Positions 58,695 through 64,000 of a DNA stretch of 64,000 nucleotides are shown here, piece after piece (the first letter of the stretch is position 1; each line of letters opens with the position of its first letter). Below the pieces are notes generated by a model that ran no database searches, was not told where the DNA came from, and worked only from the letters and a program-made list of their open reading frames with translations. Source of the DNA: Candidatus Poribacteria bacterium (GTDB lineage Bacteria > Poribacteria > WGA-4E > WGA-3G); NCBI GenBank assembly GCA_965242965.1, contig OZ251518.1, positions 4,032,001 through 4,096,000 on the forward strand. Reading direction: 5' to 3'. A program made the position numbers and the translations under genes.

Positions 58695-59264
58695 TTACGT
58701 AAAAAGCGGGGCTACCCACCCGTACTCGCCTCCTTCGGTTTGATAAAGCAGATTCACCTGCCGAGTGTCGGCGTTTAAGAAGAGGAGCAGTGTATCACCT
58801 GCGGTGTGGAGTTCGGTTGCGGCTTCCATCACCGTCATCGGTTTCGCGGCGAATTTCTCCGGTGCTTCAATGATGCGCGGGGTTTCCGCGGCAGCCAAAG
58901 CCTCGGTTTCGTGAAGTTCCTCCGTTTCCGGTGGATTGAGATGCGCGACGACATCGCGATGCGGGAGTTTTCCGTGCCGCCGGTCCTTCACGCGCTCCCG
59001 GTAACGGCGAATTTGGCTGAGGATTTTGTCCGTTACCGCATCCAGGGACGCGAAAAGTTCGTGCGCCCGGCTCTCAGCGTGAAACGCGGCACGGGCAGCG
59101 GTGACGTTCATCTCCGCCTCAAAACGGTGCTTTTCAGCGGTGATGACGACGTGGAGTTCAAGCAGCGAACCGAATCGAGCCTCGATTTTATCCGCACGTT
59201 TTTGTAAATGGGCCCGGATATCGTCCGTAATTGTCAGATGGCGGCCCGTAATGGTGACTTTCAT
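58695..59264 (-). CDS. hpf: Ribosome hibernation promoting factor, long form
   Basis: ITGRHL.ITD..R, LD...DKI..QIRRY, C-terminal KPMT..EA domain; downstream of rpoN. Confidence 0.88.
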   Translation of the reverse strand: MKVTITGRHLTITDDIRAHLQKRADKIEARFGSLLELHVVITAEKHRFEAEMNVTAARAAFHAESRAHELFASLDAVTDKILSQIRRYRERVKDRRHGKLPHRDVVAHLNPPETEELHETEALAAAETPRIIEAPEKFAAKPMTVMEAATELHTAGDTLLLFLNADTRQVNLLYQTEGGEYGWVAPLFT

Positions 59265-59437
59265 AAATTACCTCCCTGGTAGGAGGGACAGCCTTGTCCC
59301 GATGTATTAATCGAGACAGGGAAGGCACTCCTACAAACTTAAGTAGCATCGAAAACGTAGATATTGACAACGTCAATATCGGCTTACGTAATAAGACGCA
59401 CTTACAACAAAAACCCTCATCGAACGCCTTGCGAACA

Positions 59438-61201
59438 TCAAACGCCTTGCGAACGACGAAAACGTGCGGCGGGGATACCGAGTTCGTCACGATATTTTTG
59501 GACGGTGCGCCGGGCGAGGAGAATACCGCTCGCTTTCAAGGCATCGCTGATACCCTGGTCGCTCAGTGGACGCGTCGGTTCTTCGTCGCGGATAAGGGAC
59601 TGGATTTGGTGTTTCACATACCGTGCGGAGACAGCCCCGCCTTGCCGCGTAGCGACTTTGTTACTGAAGAAAAATCTTAATGGATAAGTGCCATAAGGCG
59701 TTTGAACATATTTGTTGCGAGTGACGCGGCTGACAGTGGATTCGTGGATACCGAGCCGCGAGGCAATCATCTGGAGTGTCAACGGCTTGAGGCTGTGGAC
59801 TCCCTTCGTGAGAAACTCGGATTGCACGTCAAAAATCAACTCAGTGACTCGCACAAGGGCGCGCTCGCGATGAGCGATGCTGCTGAGGACATCGCGTGCT
59901 TCTTCATACCGTTCTTCAAGCCATTCTCGCGTTTCGGCATCTTGTGTTTCGTCCCTCATCAGGTTCACGTAATCGGCATTCATCTTGAGGCGTGGCATGT
60001 TATCTTCGGAGAGGATAGCGTAAAAGGGCCGGTGCTGCACGCCGTTTCTGTCAAACTTTCCGTATTCCACCTCCCGAATCTCAACATCAGGGATGACCGT
60101 GTGTGAGCCATCAGCTCTCGTGGCGACAGCGCGGGCGGGACGAACGGTGGCATCGGCGAAGGCACGGCCCGGATACGGCGTTAACGTGCCTAGCCATTTG
60201 ACAGCGGCTGCTACTTCTTCACTATCAACGTTCAAGGCGGTGGCGATGTCATCAAACTGACTATGAAGCAGTTTAACGAAGTGGTGCGTGATGATATGGC
60301 GGGCGAGCGGATGTGGCGCGTCCGCGGTGCGAATCTGGATGAGCAGTGCCTCGCGCGTATCACGATAGGCGATGCCGGTAGGCTCAAACGTGTCCTGAAT
60401 CTTGCGGAGAACGCGCTTCACCTGCTTCAGCGGACAGCCAACCGCCTCGGCGATGTCTGCCAATGTGAGGTGATAGACATCAAGAGAGCCGTTCTGCTGG
60501 ACTATCGTGTAGTGCTGATGATTGTCCTTATCCATAATTTTCCAACTGTTCGCCGTTTTGCGTCGGATGCTTGCCTTTTCTGAGAGGCGCGTTTCGTCTG
60601 GCAGGTTTTTCTGCAGAACGGTGCGCAGCGTTTTCGTGAGCACCCTTTCCTTCAACGCTTTTTTGAACTTCAGCGGAATCTGAAACAGTTTGAGCCGCAG
60701 GCAGCCATCGTCGTCCAGATTGCCGAGAATCTGCTCTCCGATGGCGACTTCGGTTTCGGTGAAGTCGGCAAGCCGCAGCTGTTCCTCCAAAAACTCGTGC
60801 AGGGAGCCGACTTGGGCGATTTCGGGCAATTGGGTTTCGGTGTTGACGTTTCGTGTGGCGCGCCATTCGCTGATGCTGACTCTGTCATCAAAGGCGAAAT
60901 CCAAGTCAATGTCAACAGCGGTATCTTCCTTGTCAATGTCCTCCTCTAGCGCGTTCCATTCCAGGGCCGGATCGAACTCTTCTGCGGGCAAGAAATCGAG
61001 CTCCTCTCCCACTTCGCTTTCATAAGGGTCTGCCAATTCAAGCATCGCGTTTTGTTCTGCCTGCTCCCAGATGAACTGTTCGAGTTCGTACCGCGGCATG
61101 CGGAGCACTGCCAATGCCTCTTGCAACTTGGGATTCGCGGCTACCCGATGCTTAGTTTTATGTTCAGGAGCATTTTTGTCAATCTGATGTTTGAACTTCA
61201 T
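59438..61201 (-). CDS. rpoN: RNA polymerase sigma-54 factor
   Basis: NLDDDG, LKPLTL..IA, HESTVSR, RpoN box ARRTVQKYR; lptB-rpoN-hpf synteny. Confidence 0.93.
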   Translation of the reverse strand: MKFKHQIDKNAPEHKTKHRVAANPKLQEALAVLRMPRYELEQFIWEQAEQNAMLELADPYESEVGEELDFLPAEEFDPALEWNALEEDIDKEDTAVDIDLDFAFDDRVSISEWRATRNVNTETQLPEIAQVGSLHEFLEEQLRLADFTETEVAIGEQILGNLDDDGCLRLKLFQIPLKFKKALKERVLTKTLRTVLQKNLPDETRLSEKASIRRKTANSWKIMDKDNHQHYTIVQQNGSLDVYHLTLADIAEAVGCPLKQVKRVLRKIQDTFEPTGIAYRDTREALLIQIRTADAPHPLARHIITHHFVKLLHSQFDDIATALNVDSEEVAAAVKWLGTLTPYPGRAFADATVRPARAVATRADGSHTVIPDVEIREVEYGKFDRNGVQHRPFYAILSEDNMPRLKMNADYVNLMRDETQDAETREWLEERYEEARDVLSSIAHRERALVRVTELIFDVQSEFLTKGVHSLKPLTLQMIASRLGIHESTVSRVTRNKYVQTPYGTYPLRFFFSNKVATRQGGAVSARYVKHQIQSLIRDEEPTRPLSDQGISDALKASGILLARRTVQKYRDELGIPAARFRRSQGV

Positions 61202-61236
61202 GGGAGTGCCCTCCGGACATTACGGAGCCAGACAGA

Positions 61237-61995
61237 CTATCCATCCGGGTTCTTCTGTCGAGGTTTCCACTGGAAGTGGTGTCCGAAATAGAGTTCCCTG
61301 GCAACATCGCTGTGGAGCAGTTCCTCGGGTGTGCCGGCGAGGGTAATCTTTCCATCGGTGATGAGGTAGGCTCTATCGACAATGTCAAGCGTTTCGGCGG
61401 CATTGTGGTCCGTAATGAGGATGCCCAAGTTCCGATTGCGCAAATGTGTGATAAGCTCTTTGATATCCGCGATGGCAATCGGATCGATGCCGGAGAGGGG
61501 CTCGTCCAACAAGATGAACGCGGGTTCAGCGGCGAGGGCACGCGCGATTTCGGCGCGCCGACATTCGCCACCGGAGAAGGTGAACGCTTTCCGATTAAGG
61601 AGATGCGAGATGCCGAGTTCGTCTGTCAATTCACGCACGCGCGACTTACGTTCGGTTTTCGACACACCGCGGGTTTCCAGAATCGCCTCAATGTTCTGCT
61701 GCAACGTGAGTTTTCGGAAAATTGAGGTTTCTTGGGCGAGGTAGCCGATTCCGAGTCGGGCGCGTTGATACATCGGCATGAAGGTGATGTCCCTCCCATC
61801 GTAGGTAATCCTGCCCGCGTTCGGCCGAATGAGCCCGACAACCATGTAGAATGTCGTCGATTTGCCGGCACCGTTGGGACCGAGGAGGCCGACTATCTCG
61901 CCGGGGTGAACCGAAAGACTCACCTGGTTGACGACAACAGGACCGCGCCGAGTATAGCGTTTGACGAGGTTGTGTGCTTGCAGTGCAGTGTTCAT
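61237..61995 (-). CDS. lptB: LPS export ABC transporter ATP-binding protein
   Basis: GPNGAGKST, PMYQRARLGIGYL.QE.SIFRKL, LITDHN. Confidence 0.93.
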   Translation of the reverse strand: MNTALQAHNLVKRYTRRGPVVVNQVSLSVHPGEIVGLLGPNGAGKSTTFYMVVGLIRPNAGRITYDGRDITFMPMYQRARLGIGYLAQETSIFRKLTLQQNIEAILETRGVSKTERKSRVRELTDELGISHLLNRKAFTFSGGECRRAEIARALAAEPAFILLDEPLSGIDPIAIADIKELITHLRNRNLGILITDHNAAETLDIVDRAYLITDGKITLAGTPEELLHSDVARELYFGHHFQWKPRQKNPDG

Positions 61996-63005
61996 TTGTC
62001 TTCTTCCGTTTCGTTTTCAACATCGTCCTCTTCGGGTTGCTGGTTGTCTGCGTCAGCACTCTCGTCATCTGCCGCCGCAGGCGCGCTAGATTCTGCTGCA
62101 TCAGATTCAGCGTCCGTCTCTGCTTTCTCCTCTTCAACATCGTCCTCTTCGGCTGGCTGATTGTCCGCTTCAGCACGCTCGTCATCTGCCGCCGCAGGGG
62201 TGCCAGATTCTACTGCATCAGATTCAGCGTCTTCAACGTCTGTCTCTGATTTTTCCGCGCCTTCCGCCGCGGGCCCCTCACCCTCTTCAGACACGGCAGG
62301 AGCGTCTGCCGCCGCTTCTTCATCCGCACCCGCCGCTGTCTCGCCTGTTTCATCCGCCGCTTTCGGTGCTTCTTCAGCGGGGACAGGTTCCGCTTCGATG
62401 ACACGCACCTTGAACTTCACATCGCCTTCGGCAGTCTGTTCACCGGTGGTGCGGTTGTAAGTGAAGAGCACCGTCTCAAGCCTGTCCTTATTTTGTAGCA
62501 CTACCACGTCTGTCTTCAGGATAATCGTATTCGTGAGATGCTCCATCGTGGCGTGCTCACACGTAGCAAAGATTTCTGCATCGCGAATCTCGACGTTATT
62601 CTCGGCAACCGTGCGGACGGTGTCGCCAGTCACAGGATCCGTGTAAAAGGTGACCTTGTCGGCGTTGAGGTAGCCATCGGTGCGCAAGATTTTGACGTTG
62701 CCGGTGAGAATGGTGATGCCATCTTTCTCAAACCGTTCCAAGTTGTCGGCACTGCCGTTAATCTCTTCGCCTTTCTCTTCGCCTTTCTCTTCCCCTTTCT
62801 CTGCGTCATCCGCTGCTGCCTCGGTTTTCTCGCTCGGTTTGAGTTTAGGCTCTTCGCTCTGCACAGTTGCTTCTGGCGTTCCCTCTGGTGTTGCTTCTGC
62901 CGTTCCTTCTGTCTGGGCAATAGCACTGCATGCGAGGACACCCGCGATGAGCATCGCGATGAGACTCAGCCAGAGTGTTTTATGGTGAATGTGGGTGCGT
63001 TTCAT
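61992..63005 (-). CDS. lptA: LptA/OstA-like protein with long acidic tail
   Basis: Signal sequence; LTGNVKI, ADKV, AENNV jellyroll pattern; between lptC and lptB. Confidence 0.7.
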   Translation of the reverse strand: MKRTHIHHKTLWLSLIAMLIAGVLACSAIAQTEGTAEATPEGTPEATVQSEEPKLKPSEKTEAAADDAEKGEEKGEEKGEEINGSADNLERFEKDGITILTGNVKILRTDGYLNADKVTFYTDPVTGDTVRTVAENNVEIRDAEIFATCEHATMEHLTNTIILKTDVVVLQNKDRLETVLFTYNRTTGEQTAEGDVKFKVRVIEAEPVPAEEAPKAADETGETAAGADEEAAADAPAVSEEGEGPAAEGAEKSETDVEDAESDAVESGTPAAADDERAEADNQPAEEDDVEEEKAETDAESDAAESSAPAAADDESADADNQQPEEDDVENETEEDK

Positions 63006-63570
63006 CGGTTTTTTCGTCCCTCGGATAAAGCTGAAATCGATTGTTTGCCATTTTGATGGTTTCAAGCGTCGGATCGGCGCGCAGTTCGGTGCCGTGCCAC
63101 GTGGACGTGCCCCGAACAACGGTGGCTTCATTCGGCGCATACAGGATACCGGCGCGATTTTTCCAATGGAGTTCCTCCGTGAGCAACGTGCCATCTTTGC
63201 TGACACCGACAACATTACCGGTAAGGTGCAGGTTATCCTTATCGGTGCCGGTGAGGAACTGCACACCTATCTTACTGGTTAACGTGATTACCACCTCGCC
63301 GTTTTCAAAAATCTCCACCGTCGGATTTTCGACGTGAATAGTCTCCTGATGGAGTGCGGATGCGTCGCCGATGAGCGTCCATTTGAGTGCGCCGCCCTCG
63401 CTGTGCTGCGTGGAAAACCTGTCCAGTTTTTGCGTCGGTGTCGGTGCCGGCGGTTCGGTAAGCGGCTCGTCAGCGTTCTGGCAGCCAATTACAAAGCACA
63501 GCATCCAAAAAAAGAGTGCCACCGCTATCGCGCTACCGCATCTCCTCAGAACGCGTTTTCCACCGCTCAT
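62980..63570 (-). CDS. lptC: LPS export periplasmic protein LptC-like
   Basis: N-terminal hydrophobic segment; KWTL, LTGNVV, L.TEELHW, G..L.AD; synteny. Confidence 0.7.
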   Translation of the reverse strand: MSGGKRVLRRCGSAIAVALFFWMLCFVIGCQNADEPLTEPPAPTPTQKLDRFSTQHSEGGALKWTLIGDASALHQETIHVENPTVEIFENGEVVITLTSKIGVQFLTGTDKDNLHLTGNVVGVSKDGTLLTEELHWKNRAGILYAPNEATVVRGTSTWHGTELRADPTLETIKMANNRFQLYPRDEKTDETHPHSP

Positions 63571-64000
63571 GCATCCAGATCCACTGTTCCGGGTATCGCC
63601 GGATGTATCCCTCAATAATTTTGGTAAATTTCTGTGTGTTAATAACAAGTTCTTCCTCGTTTACCGCCGCGCGTTCTAGTGCTAAAGGCGGTTCAATGAT
63701 GGCGCGATGCGTGCCATCGGGTTGCCGAATGATAAAAGCCGGTAGTATCGCCGCACCGGTTTTCAGCGCAATCGCAACAGGACTGTAAGGCGTGTAGGCC
63801 GGTTTACCGAAGAAATCGACGAACACGCCGTTTACCTTCGTATCCACATCGGCGACGATGCCGAGCAGTTGATTGCGTTTGAGGCATCGGAGCGCGCTGC
63901 GCAGCCCGGTATCCCTGTCAATCGTGGCATAACCTGCTTGCGCCCGGTAACTGCTGACAAGCGCGTTTAACCGCGCGGAACGCAACTCCCGCACAATGGG
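63533..64000 (-). CDS. Lipid A biosynthesis acyltransferase (LpxL/HtrB family), partial
   Basis: V.VDFFG.PA, YPEQWIWMHERWK; 5' end outside window. Confidence 0.85.
   Translation of the reverse strand, partial: PIVRELRSARLNALVSSYRAQAGYATIDRDTGLRSALRCLKRNQLLGIVADVDTKVNGVFVDFFGKPAYTPYSPVAIALKTGAAILPAFIIRQPDGTHRAIIEPPLALERAAVNEEELVINTQKFTKIIEGYIRRYPEQWIWMHERWKTRSEEMR

Overview
64-kb bacterial chromosomal window from a diderm organism (lptABC, lipid A acyltransferase). Gene content, a recurrent C-terminal 'xxGKxxxxWxxxK' motif on secreted proteins and dense GTAG-type palindromic repeats suggest Candidatus Poribacteria or a relative; this is inference, not verified. Housekeeping genes: glnA 3' end, glnB, thrS, iscS, pyrB, pyrD, gatB, nadB, valS, hpf, rpoN, lptB/A/C. 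Accessory content, most notable first: (i) three tandem pairs of uncharacterised exported proteins followed by an unusual ECF sigma factor, all linked by an exact GGTACC-N16-CGTCTA promoter motif that also precedes the sigma gene and a distant TolB-like operon, with one copy split by a repeat insertion; (ii) four tandem secreted C-type-lectin proteins; (iii) MITE-like elements with 13-bp terminal inverted repeats and target-site duplications whose interiors are mosaics of REP palindromes; (iv) an MvaI/BcnI-type restriction-modification pair, a Fic gene with a doubled palindromic operator, a homopolymer-frameshifted aspartyl protease and a possible prophage remnant behind three tandem promoters. 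No rRNA, tRNA, CRISPR array or transposase was recognised.
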